From Arcobacteraceae bacterium (GTDB lineage: Bacteria > Campylobacterota > Campylobacteria > Campylobacterales > Arcobacteraceae), in the NCBI GenBank assembly GCA_048268245.1, contig JBLWVX010000002.1:96001-160000 (forward strand): a DNA stretch of 64,000 nt, written 5' to 3'. Each line of letters begins with the position of its first letter. Position 1 is the first letter of the stretch. Below are positions 20,916 to 30,823 of this stretch, piece by piece. Both the position numbers and the translations under genes were made by a program. The notes beneath the pieces are model-generated. The model had not been told where the DNA came from. It saw only the letters and a list, made by a program, of their open reading frames with translations, and did not search any database.

Positions 20916-21809
20916 TTACTCTCCTAAACTTCTAATATAAGTAGCTAATGCTTTTTCTTGAGTTTCGTTAAGTCTTCCATCAAAACTTGGCATTACACCA
21001 ATGTTTCCTTTTTTACCATCTTTTAATACAGCCATAACAATTGCATCATCATATTCTCTAATATTTGGTGCAACATATGCCATACCTTTACCATCAATAC
21101 CATGACATCCAGCACAAACACCATAAGCTGCAGGTTGTTCACCTTGGAATCCATTAGCTACGTACTCTGCCACTTCATTGATATCTTTTTCTTCTGTTAA
21201 CATCATTGGAGGCATTCCAGCTGGGTATGCAGTTTTTAAATTGTTTGCACCATTTTTAATCACATTAACAACTTGATTTTTAGCAAATCTTTTTGTTAAA
21301 TTATGAGCTTTACCATTAATACCCTCAGCATCAACACCATGACAAGGTGCACATTGTACTAAGAATAATGAACTTCCCATTGCTTCAAGAGTTTCTTGTG
21401 ATGGATTTTCCCATTTAGCTTCAAACTTTTTATTGTATTCAATAGTTTCTTCATTCCATTGACCAATTTGTGAAAAACCATTAATTGGATAACCAACTGT
21501 AAAGTACCAAAACATCCATACAATAGTACCAATAAATGCTAATCCCCATCCTGTAGGAATAGGGTTTTTATATTCACCAATACCATCCCAATTTTCTTCA
21601 GCTAAATCACCACTAGCTGTATCATTTTTCATTTGATTAACATATTTAAGTGCTACAAATACTGTAATAGTAATAATTGCTACAGCACCTAACATTGTTA
21701 AACTATTTATATTCGAAATATCGCTACTAAAAGCATCACCTGCTGCGAAGTAAGTTCCTGCTAATAAAGCGATGATAAGAACAATTCCACCTACTACCAT
21801 AGATTTCAT
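20916..21809 (-). CDS. ccoP: cbb3 cytochrome c oxidase subunit III
   Basis: WDGIGEYKNPIP; two heme motifs (CAPCH, CAGCH). Confidence 0.97.
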   Translation of the reverse strand: MKSMVVGGIVLIIALLAGTYFAAGDAFSSDISNINSLTMLGAVAIITITVFVALKYVNQMKNDTASGDLAEENWDGIGEYKNPIPTGWGLAFIGTIVWMFWYFTVGYPINGFSQIGQWNEETIEYNKKFEAKWENPSQETLEAMGSSLFLVQCAPCHGVDAEGINGKAHNLTKRFAKNQVVNVIKNGANNLKTAYPAGMPPMMLTEEKDINEVAEYVANGFQGEQPAAYGVCAGCHGIDGKGMAYVAPNIREYDDAIVMAVLKDGKKGNIGVMPSFDGRLNETQEKALATYIRSLGE

Positions 21810-21810
21810 G

Positions 21811-22035
21811 TTATGTCTCCTTATTATCTATATCTTTATCTTTTTTTCTATCTTCTAGAGGAGTTGAAACATCTGCATCATCGTGCACTAGTTTTGAGTA
21901 TTTTTCAAAATCTCTTTCACCAGTTTTATCTCTCTTGTATATAGAGTAAGCATAAGAGTAAAAAATAATAAATATAGCTAAAATAAAAAAGAATTTAGCA
22001 TAACCTTGCACAGTAACCAGTGTTTCATAATCCAT
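21811..22035 (-). CDS. ccoQ: cbb3 cytochrome c oxidase subunit IV
   Basis: 74-aa single-TM protein between ccoO and ccoP. Confidence 0.93.
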   Translation of the reverse strand: MDYETLVTVQGYAKFFFILAIFIIFYSYAYSIYKRDKTGERDFEKYSKLVHDDADVSTPLEDRKKDKDIDNKET

Positions 22036-22045
22036 TTAAGAACCT

Positions 22046-22729
22046 CTATTTTAAAGAATTTAAATATGCAATTAATGCAACTATTTCAGGAACCTGACCG
22101 TTTGCAACAGCATCTTTTACAGCTTGATTTTTCATATCAGCAGCAATCTCTTTTGCATCAACTTTTGCTCTTGCAATAGCAGATTCAAAATCACCTAATG
22201 GAACATCAATTTGCCCATCTCCATCAATATCAACATCGTATGGAGTATTAAATACAGTTTTTACTGTATATGCTTCTGCATATGCAGTTTCTAAATCAGC
22301 AATATTCTCAAACTGGTGAGGGTATGCTGGCATAATTGAACCAGGAACAACAGATTCTGGATCTAACATGTGATTTTCATGCCAGTCAGTAGTTCTATAG
22401 TTTCCAACTCTCATTAAGTCTGGTCCAGTTCTCTTTGATCCCCATAAGAATGGTCTATCATAAGCGTACTCACCAGATAATGAATACATACCATATCTAT
22501 CAGTTTCTGATTTAAATGGTCTAATTAATTGTGAGTGACACGCATTACAAGAATCTTTAATATATACTTGTCTACCTGCTAACTCTAATAGTGTATATGG
22601 TTTAGTACCAACTGTTGGTCTAGACTGTTTTGCAAAATCAGGAATTACTTCAATGATACCTGCAAATGAAATAAATACGAATACTAATACCGCAAAGAAA
22701 AACGGTCTTTGTTCAAACCAATGAAACAT
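22046..22729 (-). CDS. ccoO: cbb3 cytochrome c oxidase subunit II
   Basis: CNACHSQLIRP, WGSKRTGPDL and SIMP motifs. Confidence 0.98.
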   Translation of the reverse strand: MFHWFEQRPFFFAVLVFVFISFAGIIEVIPDFAKQSRPTVGTKPYTLLELAGRQVYIKDSCNACHSQLIRPFKSETDRYGMYSLSGEYAYDRPFLWGSKRTGPDLMRVGNYRTTDWHENHMLDPESVVPGSIMPAYPHQFENIADLETAYAEAYTVKTVFNTPYDVDIDGDGQIDVPLGDFESAIARAKVDAKEIAADMKNQAVKDAVANGQVPEIVALIAYLNSLK

Positions 22730-22744
22730 AATTTTCCCTCCTTC

Positions 22745-24211
22745 TTATGCAGCTACTGGTGTAGTGTTAGCTGGTTCTTTATCAAGTACTCTACCACATT
22801 TAATAGTTTTATAAATGTTGTATGCGAACATAAAGAATCCAATTAAGTATAATAACCCACCAACAGCTCTAATAGTATAGTATGGTTTTAATACTACAAC
22901 AGTATCAATAAATGAGTAAACTAATGAACCATATTCGTCATAAGCTCTCCACATCATACCTTGTGTAATACCTGCAATCCACATAGATGTAAAGTATAAA
23001 ACAATACCAGTTGTTTGTAACCAGAATTGAGTATCCATTAATGATTTAGAGTAAATCTCTCTTTTATACATTCTTGGAACCATATGGTATAAAGCAGCCA
23101 TAATCATAAACACAACCCATCCTAATACACCATCATGTACGTGACCTGGAATCCAGTCAGTAAAGTGTGCAATTGCATTTACAGATTTAATAGCTTGAAT
23201 TGGACCTTCAATTGTAGATAACATATAGAAAGTTGAAGCTAATACCATGAATTTAATTAGTGTATTTGTTTGTAACTGTTGCCATTCACCTTTCATAGTT
23301 AAAAGCATATTAATAGCAGATCCCCATGATGGTAAGATTAATACAACTGACATTACAGAACCCATTGTCTGCATCCAATCCGGAACAGTTGAATAAATAA
23401 GGTGGTGTCCACCAGCCCATAAGTAAACAAATAATAATCCCCAGAATGCTAAGATAGAAAGTTTATAAGAATAAACATTTTGTCCTGACTCTTTAGGTAA
23501 AAAGTAATAAATTAAAGCAATAATTGGTGTAGTAAATACGAATGCAACAGCATTGTGTCCATACCACCATTGTACTAGTGCATCATTTGTACCTGAATAC
23601 ATAGAAACTGAGTGAATCCACGATCCATAACCTGATACTAATGCAGTTGGAACTTCCATATTGTTAAATAAATATAACATTGCAACAGCAATAAATGTAG
23701 CAATCATATACCAAATTGAAATATATAAAGTTCTTTCTCTTCTAATTCCAATTAAACCAAAAATAGAGATACCCCATAAAACCCACCATACAACAACTAA
23801 AATGTCTAATGGCCACTCTAATTCAGCATACTCTTTTGAAGTTGTAATACCCATAAATAGAGTAACAACAGCTAAAAGAATTGTGATAAAATATAGAGCA
23901 AAATGTAATTTTGCTACTGCCATTAAAAATGGCGATTCTTTTAAAGAAACTTTTAATACTCTTTGAGAAAGGTAATACCATCCTGCAAAGATACCACTTA
24001 GAGCAAAACCAAAAGCAACACCATTAGTGTGTAAAGGTCTTAATCTACTGAAAGTACCATATTCCCCTGCTAAGTTATTTAAACCTGGGAAAGCTAATTG
24101 AAACGCTAGTATAACACCAATTGTCATACCAATGATACCAAACAAAATTGTTGCAAATGTAAAGGCTTTTGCAACTGAGTAATCATACTCAATTTTTGCA
24201 CCGTTTTGCAT
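22745..24211 (-). CDS. ccoN: cbb3 cytochrome c oxidase subunit I
   Basis: RLRPLHTN, WWYGHN, GHH and GHVH motifs. Start is ATG 24211 or TTG 24214. Confidence 0.99.
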   Translation of the reverse strand: MQNGAKIEYDYSVAKAFTFATILFGIIGMTIGVILAFQLAFPGLNNLAGEYGTFSRLRPLHTNGVAFGFALSGIFAGWYYLSQRVLKVSLKESPFLMAVAKLHFALYFITILLAVVTLFMGITTSKEYAELEWPLDILVVVWWVLWGISIFGLIGIRRERTLYISIWYMIATFIAVAMLYLFNNMEVPTALVSGYGSWIHSVSMYSGTNDALVQWWYGHNAVAFVFTTPIIALIYYFLPKESGQNVYSYKLSILAFWGLLFVYLWAGGHHLIYSTVPDWMQTMGSVMSVVLILPSWGSAINMLLTMKGEWQQLQTNTLIKFMVLASTFYMLSTIEGPIQAIKSVNAIAHFTDWIPGHVHDGVLGWVVFMIMAALYHMVPRMYKREIYSKSLMDTQFWLQTTGIVLYFTSMWIAGITQGMMWRAYDEYGSLVYSFIDTVVVLKPYYTIRAVGGLLYLIGFFMFAYNIYKTIKCGRVLDKEPANTTPVAA

Positions 24212-24353
24212 CAATCTCCTCCTACTAATTTTATATACAAGTCACAAATCGTCACTTATGCTAAATATTAGCTAAATGCCTCTAAAGTTTTACTTAATTT
24301 TAGTAGTATTTAAGTATTTTATTAACAAATATTTAACAATTAAATAACAACTC

Positions 24354-24372
24354 TATAATGATAATAATTATC
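24354..24372. promoter_or_regulatory. Fur-family box upstream of ccoN
   Basis: TATAATGATAATAATTATC matches GATAATGATAATCATTATC at 17/19 positions. Confidence 0.6.
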
Positions 24373-24666
24373 TGTTTTGCTATTTTAATCTTATTTTTCT
24401 TATTTACAGTTTTGTATAATTTAAACTTATGTTTTTATTGAGCCTATAGATAAATATATTTTTGTAAAGGCCTTATTATAGGCTTTTGTTATTGCTTTTA
24501 TTTTTAAAAAGTTAAATTTTTATAAATCTAACATTTTATTTTTCTTTTAATATGATTATTTTAAAGTAGAATAAAAGCCTAACATGAATGATTTTTCAGT
24601 CAAATTACATAATTAGTAATTAATAATAGTTATTTAATGAATTTTATTATTAACTTGGAAGTTTTA

Positions 24667-25143
24667 TCACTTCCAGTTTTTTAGTGTCTGTTGAGTCTCT
24701 CTTTGCATAGTTTTTCTCTTCATATCTTCTCTTTTATCATGAAGTTTTTTACCTTGTGCAGTTGCTATTTGAACCTTTACCATATTCTTTGAATTAAAGT
24801 ACAATTTTAGTGCAACTATAGTAATACCATCTTTAGTAACTTTAGTATGAAGTTTTTCTATTTCTTTTCTGTGAAGTAATAGTTTTCTATCTCTTCTCTC
24901 ATTTGGTCTAAAAGTTGTATGTGCCGTACTTAAATGGGAAATATGCATATTTAGTAAAAATACTTCATCTTTTATAATTCTAATGTGAGTATCTTTTAAG
25001 TTAACTCTACCTTCTCTTATAGCTTTTACTTCACTTCCTTGAAGAGATATTCCAGCTTCATATGTATCTAAAATATGATAGTCATGCCATGCTTTTTTAT
25101 TTTTGAATACTAAATTTTTATCTTTTTCTTTCTTTTTTGCCAT
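24667..25143 (-). CDS. smpB: SsrA-binding protein
   Basis: NKKAWHDY, EAGIxLxGSEVK, RKLLLH and GKKLHDKR motifs. Confidence 0.99.
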   Translation of the reverse strand: MAKKKEKDKNLVFKNKKAWHDYHILDTYEAGISLQGSEVKAIREGRVNLKDTHIRIIKDEVFLLNMHISHLSTAHTTFRPNERRDRKLLLHRKEIEKLHTKVTKDGITIVALKLYFNSKNMVKVQIATAQGKKLHDKREDMKRKTMQRETQQTLKNWK

Positions 25144-25907
25144 TAGTTTTCCTCATTTATTGTAAAAAAAGAGCTTCCACTACCACTAAAATACCAATTG
25201 CTTTTTGCATATTCTTCTAAAAGTGGTTCAGACATGATTGCAGGTTCATATAAATCGTTAGCTTCTTTTATATTAAATTCTTTTAAAATATCTATTGACT
25301 TCATGCTTAATAGTTTTTCTTTTTCTACTTCTTTTATTTCTTTATAAAAGTGTTTTCTAAAAAGTGTAAATATTTTACCTGTGTCACATTTTATATTTGG
25401 AGTTATTGTTTTTATATTCAAAGGTTTTTCTTCAAACTCTTCTACAATCTCACCAATCCCTGTAACATTTGCACTGTCATATTCATATACAAAAAATGGA
25501 ACATCTGCACCAATTTTTACAGCTATATTGCATAGTTCATCTTTTGATAGCCCTAAATTACAATATTTATTTGCCATAATTAAAAAAGTAGCAGCATTTG
25601 AACTTCCACCCCCAAGTCCTGCAAACTCTGGGATATTTTTATCAATCTTTACACTATATTCTTGAAAAAAATTCTCAACACTTTTCATGTGTTTTATCAA
25701 ATTGTATGCTTTATATACAGTATTTGATTCTAATTTACATCCAAAATCCCCTATAATGTTAAAAGCTTTCCTATTCGTTTTAACAAAAGAGAATTCGTCA
25801 TACAGACTATGAACTCGTATGAACCTAGATACAAGTTCATGGTATGTATCTCTTTTTCCAGCTATTTTTAAAAATATATTAACTTTTGCGTAAGACTTAG
25901 CATACAT
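25143..25907 (-). CDS. ispE: 4-diphosphocytidyl-2-C-methyl-D-erythritol kinase
   Basis: [25 protein letters not shown] and SGSGS motifs. Confidence 0.97.
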   Translation of the reverse strand: MYAKSYAKVNIFLKIAGKRDTYHELVSRFIRVHSLYDEFSFVKTNRKAFNIIGDFGCKLESNTVYKAYNLIKHMKSVENFFQEYSVKIDKNIPEFAGLGGGSSNAATFLIMANKYCNLGLSKDELCNIAVKIGADVPFFVYEYDSANVTGIGEIVEEFEEKPLNIKTITPNIKCDTGKIFTLFRKHFYKEIKEVEKEKLLSMKSIDILKEFNIKEANDLYEPAIMSEPLLEEYAKSNWYFSGSGSSFFTINEEN

Positions 25908-26755
25908 TACAATACAACCTTATTTAAAAGATATTTAACTTTAGCTTTTTCAATTTGAATTATACTAAAAAATGTATCAAACACAAGTAGATATTTTCCA
26001 TCATTTTTATTTTCTAAATAATCAATTGAGATTTTTTTTCCAGTATCAAGCCATTCTTTTGTGCCAAAATATTTATTTTGAGGTAAATCTATATAATCAA
26101 GTGGATTTAAATCTTTTTCATTTTCATAGAAAAATTTACCCTCATTAAGTCTTTCTAGGTATGACAATGTCCCTTTTCTGTTAACTCTTTTAAGTAATAT
26201 CTGAGCTAAACTTCTAATATATGAGCCTTCACTAACTGTAGCTTCAAAAGTAATAAAAGGATGATTATAAGAAATAAATTTTGTATCACTTATAGTCATA
26301 GATGATTTTTTCATCTCGACTTCTTTGCCTTCTCTTGCCAAGTCATAAGCTCTTTTTCCATTAATCTTCTTAGCTGAAAATTTTGGAGGATAATATTCGT
26401 GTGTTCCTTGAAGTTTTACCACTTCTTCCTTGATAAGTTCAAGTTCAAGTCTTTGTTCATTTTCAATACTTATCATATTTTCAATATCCAAAGATTCAGA
26501 TTGTGCACCAAGCCATACTACAGCCCTGTATGTTTTAGGTGTTTTACTCATATAATTAAAAAGTTTTGAGTATTGTCCAAAAGCAACTATAAGACATCCA
26601 CAAGCAAATGGGTCTAGTGTTCCACTAAAACCTGCCTTTTTATTTTTGTATTTTCTTTTTATTTGATTTAAATAGGAGTTAGAACTTCTAAAAATCGGTT
26701 TTTTTACAACAATTAATTTATTTAATGGTTCTTTATTATATAACTTTTTTTGCAA
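25907..26755 (-). CDS. truB: tRNA pseudouridine(55) synthase
   Basis: KAGFSGTLDPFA, PPKFSAKKINGKRAY and GSYIRSL motifs. Confidence 0.97.
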   Translation of the reverse strand: MQKKLYNKEPLNKLIVVKKPIFRSSNSYLNQIKRKYKNKKAGFSGTLDPFACGCLIVAFGQYSKLFNYMSKTPKTYRAVVWLGAQSESLDIENMISIENEQRLELELIKEEVVKLQGTHEYYPPKFSAKKINGKRAYDLAREGKEVEMKKSSMTISDTKFISYNHPFITFEATVSEGSYIRSLAQILLKRVNRKGTLSYLERLNEGKFFYENEKDLNPLDYIDLPQNKYFGTKEWLDTGKKISIDYLENKNDGKYLLVFDTFFSIIQIEKAKVKYLLNKVVL

Positions 26756-26767
26756 TTAAAAACTCTT

Positions 26768-28822
26768 TTATATTTTTTCTACAAATGAAGATAAGATATC
26801 TCTTCTTTGTCCACCAAAATTAATAGTTAGTTTATAGTCTTTACCTGCTTTATTTGCTTTTTGAATTCTTCCCATACCAAATATTTTATGTTGAACTAAA
26901 TCACCTTTTTTAAATGATGAGTGCTTTTCAATAGTTAGACACCCTTTAATAAGTCCTGATTCACTTAAAAATCTAGATTTTGTTAAAGAAGTTCTTTTCC
27001 CTTTATAAAATCTCGAATGAGCAAAAGATAAAGTCAAATTATCCATAGCTCTAGTAATCGCAACATAACCTAATCTTCTTTCTTCTTCAATATCACTACC
27101 ATCACCTGTGATTGGAAAGAATCCTTCTTCAAAACCAATAATAAACAAGTGTTTAAATTCTAAACCTTTTGAAGCATGTATACTCATCATCGAAACTGCT
27201 TCATTATAAAGTCCATCATTTTCACTCTCTAATGCTATTTCATTTAAAAAGTCTTTTAAATCTAAGTGTGGATTTTGAATAAAGAAATCTCTGATATATC
27301 CATAGAACTCATCAATATTTCCTTGTCTATCAAAACCATCTGGAACAGTATCGTATGATGCTCTATAATCAAAAGCTTCTTCAAAAGAGTCTAAGAATTT
27401 CATTTTAGACTCTTTTAATTGTTCTTTTAAATCCATTATAGAAGCTTCAAACACTTTAAGTGTTCTTGAATTTTTCTTTCCTACAACTGCTGATAACTCT
27501 TCTGCATCAAAATTTTGAATTATTTCAAAAATAGGTTTTTTAAGTTCTGCTGATTTTGCATCAAGCTTTTCAATAGTAGTTTTTCCAATACCTCTTTTAG
27601 GTTTATTTACAATTCTTTTTAAAGAGAAGTTATCATGTGAGTTTGTAAGTACTCTAAAATATGCAATTAAATCTTTAATTTCTGCTCTTTCATAGAACTT
27701 CATTCCACCAACTAGTTTATAGTTAAGCCCTGCTCTATTAAATCCTTCTTCTAAAGATCTTGATAAAGCATTTACTCTAAAAAGTATTGCAACGTCTTTT
27801 GCACTAATACCACTATCTAAAAGTTTTTTAATATCGTCAATTATTTTTCTTGTTTCTTCATTTTCATCATGTGACTCATAAATTCTAATAGAATCACCTT
27901 TTTGTCTAGTTCCAACAAGCTTTTTGCCAAGTCTATCTCTATTATGCTCAATTAGCTGATTTGCATGATCTAAGATTGTATCAGTTGACCTATAGTTTTC
28001 TTCTAATTTTACAACTTTTGTATCTTCAAAATGCTCACTAAAATTAAGAATATTTTTAATTGTAGCACCTCTCCAACCATAAATAGATTGGTCATCATCA
28101 CCAACTACACAAAGATTGTTATGTGATGAACAAAGTTTTTTAAGTAATTTATATTGAAGCTCATTTGTATCTTGATACTCATCAACCATAATGTATTGGT
28201 ATTTTTGGCTAATTTCTTGAGCTAATTTGTCATTGTTTTTTAATATCAAATATGGAAGTAAAATCAAATCATCAAAATCAACAAGATTATTTTTCTCTAG
28301 ATAAGATTCATATTTCTCATAAACATCTGCTATTTGTTGATAAAGCTTTAATTCAGCACCAGCTTTTGCTTCACTTGGAGTGATTAAAGTATTTTTGTAT
28401 TTTGATATTTCACTAACTAAAAGTGATGTTGTTATATCTTTATCTATTGATTTTAATATTCTTTTTTTATCATCAGTATCAATAATAATGAAATTATTCT
28501 TTCTATCAAGTTCGCTCATGTGAAACTTTAGGAAAAGCAATCCAAATTTGTGGAATGTACATAATAATGGTGGAGTATTTATCATTGCTGGATCAATCAA
28601 AGAGAATGCTCTTTCTCTCATCTCTGCTGCTGCTTTATTTGTAAAAGTAAGAGTTAGAATAGAACTTGGATCTATTCCTATTGAAATCAAATATGCAAGC
28701 CTTGTTGTGATTGTTTTTGTTTTTCCAGATCCCGCACCCGCTAAAATTAACAGTGAACCATCGATATGTTGTGCTGCATCTTTTTGTGAATCGTTTAGTA
28801 ATGATAATAGATTTTCTGACAT
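26768..28822 (-). CDS. uvrD: UvrD/PcrA/Rep family ATP-dependent DNA helicase
   Basis: AGAGSGKT, VDEYQD, VGDDDQSIY, NYRS and HASKGLEF motifs. Start moved to ATG 28822 (GGAG RBS; TGGTATAAT at 28844-28852). Confidence 0.93.
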   Translation of the reverse strand: MSENLLSLLNDSQKDAAQHIDGSLLILAGAGSGKTKTITTRLAYLISIGIDPSSILTLTFTNKAAAEMRERAFSLIDPAMINTPPLLCTFHKFGLLFLKFHMSELDRKNNFIIIDTDDKKRILKSIDKDITTSLLVSEISKYKNTLITPSEAKAGAELKLYQQIADVYEKYESYLEKNNLVDFDDLILLPYLILKNNDKLAQEISQKYQYIMVDEYQDTNELQYKLLKKLCSSHNNLCVVGDDDQSIYGWRGATIKNILNFSEHFEDTKVVKLEENYRSTDTILDHANQLIEHNRDRLGKKLVGTRQKGDSIRIYESHDENEETRKIIDDIKKLLDSGISAKDVAILFRVNALSRSLEEGFNRAGLNYKLVGGMKFYERAEIKDLIAYFRVLTNSHDNFSLKRIVNKPKRGIGKTTIEKLDAKSAELKKPIFEIIQNFDAEELSAVVGKKNSRTLKVFEASIMDLKEQLKESKMKFLDSFEEAFDYRASYDTVPDGFDRQGNIDEFYGYIRDFFIQNPHLDLKDFLNEIALESENDGLYNEAVSMMSIHASKGLEFKHLFIIGFEEGFFPITGDGSDIEEERRLGYVAITRAMDNLTLSFAHSRFYKGKRTSLTKSRFLSESGLIKGCLTIEKHSSFKKGDLVQHKIFGMGRIQKANKAGKDYKLTINFGGQRRDILSSFVEKI

Positions 28823-28939
28823 TTCTTCTCCCAATAATATATAATTATACCACATATAAATTAAATTCACTATTTCTCTTAATTATTCTATATATAAATA
28901 AATGTTATTATAATCATAATTTATTTTACGGAGGTTATA

Positions 28940-29836
28940 ATGCTAACAGATTTTGCTAAACTAGAGACATTTCTAACAGTTGTTAGAGAAAAGTCCTTCT
29001 CAAAAGCTTCAGCAAAACTTGGTATTTCTCAACCTGCTGTAACACAACAAATGAGATATATTGAAGACTACTTAGATGTTCAAGTTGTTGATAGAAAGAA
29101 AAATGGAATTAGACTTACAAAAGAAGGTCAAATGCTATATTCTATTGCACTTAAAATTGAAAAATGTGTTGCAAATGGCGAAAAAGAACTACTAAAAATT
29201 ATGAACAAAGATGTTACTTTTGTTTTCGGAGCATCTTTTATTATTGGAAACTATATTTTACCTAGATTTTTAAACAATCTTAAAGAGAATATTAATAATG
29301 AAGTATCAATAAATGTTTCAGTTTCTCATGAAGCAATTGAAGATTTACTTGATAAAAAAATTGATATGGCATTAGTTGAAAACTATGTTCCAAATGAAGA
29401 TATTATTTACAGAGAATGGATGGAAGATGAAATAGTAATTTTCTCAAACCAAAAACTTCCTTCAAGAGCAAAAGCTGAAGATTTATTATCATACAAATGG
29501 GTATGTAGAAATCCGGACTCTCATACAAGAGCAATCTTTAAAGAGAATCTTGATAAAGCAAACTTCCCTGATTGTGATACTTTTGATGTTACAAGTGAAG
29601 TTACAAGTGCTACAACTATTGTACAAACAGTTTTACACTCAGATAAAAATGCAACACCTACAGTATCAATTGTTTCAAGAAATGCAATTGAATCACTTTT
29701 AAAATCTGGTGCTTTATATGAATCAAGAATTAATAATCAAAAAATGGTTAGAAAATTATATATTGCGTACAGAAAAGATAGAAAACATGATGCGTTTATA
29801 GACAATGTTGTTGACTATCTTCTAAAAATGAAATAA
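28940..29836 (+). CDS. LysR-type transcriptional regulator (CysL-like)
   Basis: SFSKASAKLGISQPAVT HTH followed by a LysR substrate domain. Confidence 0.95.
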   Translation: MLTDFAKLETFLTVVREKSFSKASAKLGISQPAVTQQMRYIEDYLDVQVVDRKKNGIRLTKEGQMLYSIALKIEKCVANGEKELLKIMNKDVTFVFGASFIIGNYILPRFLNNLKENINNEVSINVSVSHEAIEDLLDKKIDMALVENYVPNEDIIYREWMEDEIVIFSNQKLPSRAKAEDLLSYKWVCRNPDSHTRAIFKENLDKANFPDCDTFDVTSEVTSATTIVQTVLHSDKNATPTVSIVSRNAIESLLKSGALYESRINNQKMVRKLYIAYRKDRKHDAFIDNVVDYLLKMK

Positions 29837-29860
29837 GTATTAGAATTCTAATACTTATTT
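29831..29860. terminator. Perfect 30-bp palindrome, likely bidirectional terminator
   Basis: AAATAAGTATTAGAATTCTAATACTTATTT between convergent genes. Confidence 0.8.
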
Positions 29861-30822
29861 TAATAGTTAAGACCCTCTTTTTCTAAAGCTAATCTTATTT
29901 TTTTCATTTGAGTATGTTTATCTCTACACCAATCAGGTGATAAAAGTGTATCATCATCAATTCCAGCTGTAATTCTTTGAATTGAAATATTTTTTGGTAA
30001 ATCAACTATTGATTTTACTACTGTATCTATATATAAATCCTCAGTAATAGGAGTAAATCTTCCTTTTCTAAACTCATTAGTTAATAAAGTGTTTTTTACT
30101 ACATATAAAGGATGGAATTTGATTGAATCAACATCAAGTTCAATAGTCTGCTTAAATGACTCAAGCATCATCTCTTGATCTTCACCGGGAAGTCCATAAA
30201 TTAAATGTCCACAAACATTTAATCCTTTTTCCTTACTTCTTTTTATCCAGTATTTCATATTTTCAACACTATCACCTCTATTGATTACATCAAGTGTTTC
30301 ATCATAGAATGACTGAATTCCATACTCAACCCAAATTTCTTTATCTTTAGAAAGATCCACTAGATAGTCTAATATTTCATCTGTTACACAATCTGTTCTT
30401 GTACCAATACTAAGACCTATCACATTGTCAAAAGATAAGGCTTTTTCATATAAAGCTTTTAGTGTTGAAAAAGGAGCATATGTGTTTGTGAAAGATTGAA
30501 AATACACAATAAACTTTCCAACACCAAACTTATTTTGTAACCTATCTCTTGTTGCAGCAAATTGCATTTCAAGTTGTTTTAGTTGATTATCTAAGTATGG
30601 ATTTTCTTCAATTTTTGGATTTAGTTTAAATTTAGTTTTTTTCTCTTTTAGATTAGGAGAGAAAGAGTCATTCTCGCAAAAAGAACAACCCCCTTTAGCT
30701 TTTGTTCCATCAATATTAGGACATGTAAATCCCGATATTGAGATTGGAACTTTATATACTTTTTCTCCAAACTTGTTTTTAAAATATCTACCTATTGTTA
30801 AAACGTCTTTTAAATTACTCAT
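29860..30822 (-). CDS. TIGR01212/YhcC family radical SAM protein
   Basis: GFTCPNIDG....GGCSFC and YFQSFTNTY motifs. Confidence 0.93.
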   Translation of the reverse strand: MSNLKDVLTIGRYFKNKFGEKVYKVPISISGFTCPNIDGTKAKGGCSFCENDSFSPNLKEKKTKFKLNPKIEENPYLDNQLKQLEMQFAATRDRLQNKFGVGKFIVYFQSFTNTYAPFSTLKALYEKALSFDNVIGLSIGTRTDCVTDEILDYLVDLSKDKEIWVEYGIQSFYDETLDVINRGDSVENMKYWIKRSKEKGLNVCGHLIYGLPGEDQEMMLESFKQTIELDVDSIKFHPLYVVKNTLLTNEFRKGRFTPITEDLYIDTVVKSIVDLPKNISIQRITAGIDDDTLLSPDWCRDKHTQMKKIRLALEKEGLNY

Positions 30823-30823
30823 C

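Noticed and set aside
29860..30822. Radical SAM with unusual Cys spacing as a novel RiPP maturase
   Set aside because: The spacing is normal for the TIGR01212 family, the context is housekeeping, and there is no precursor peptide nearby.
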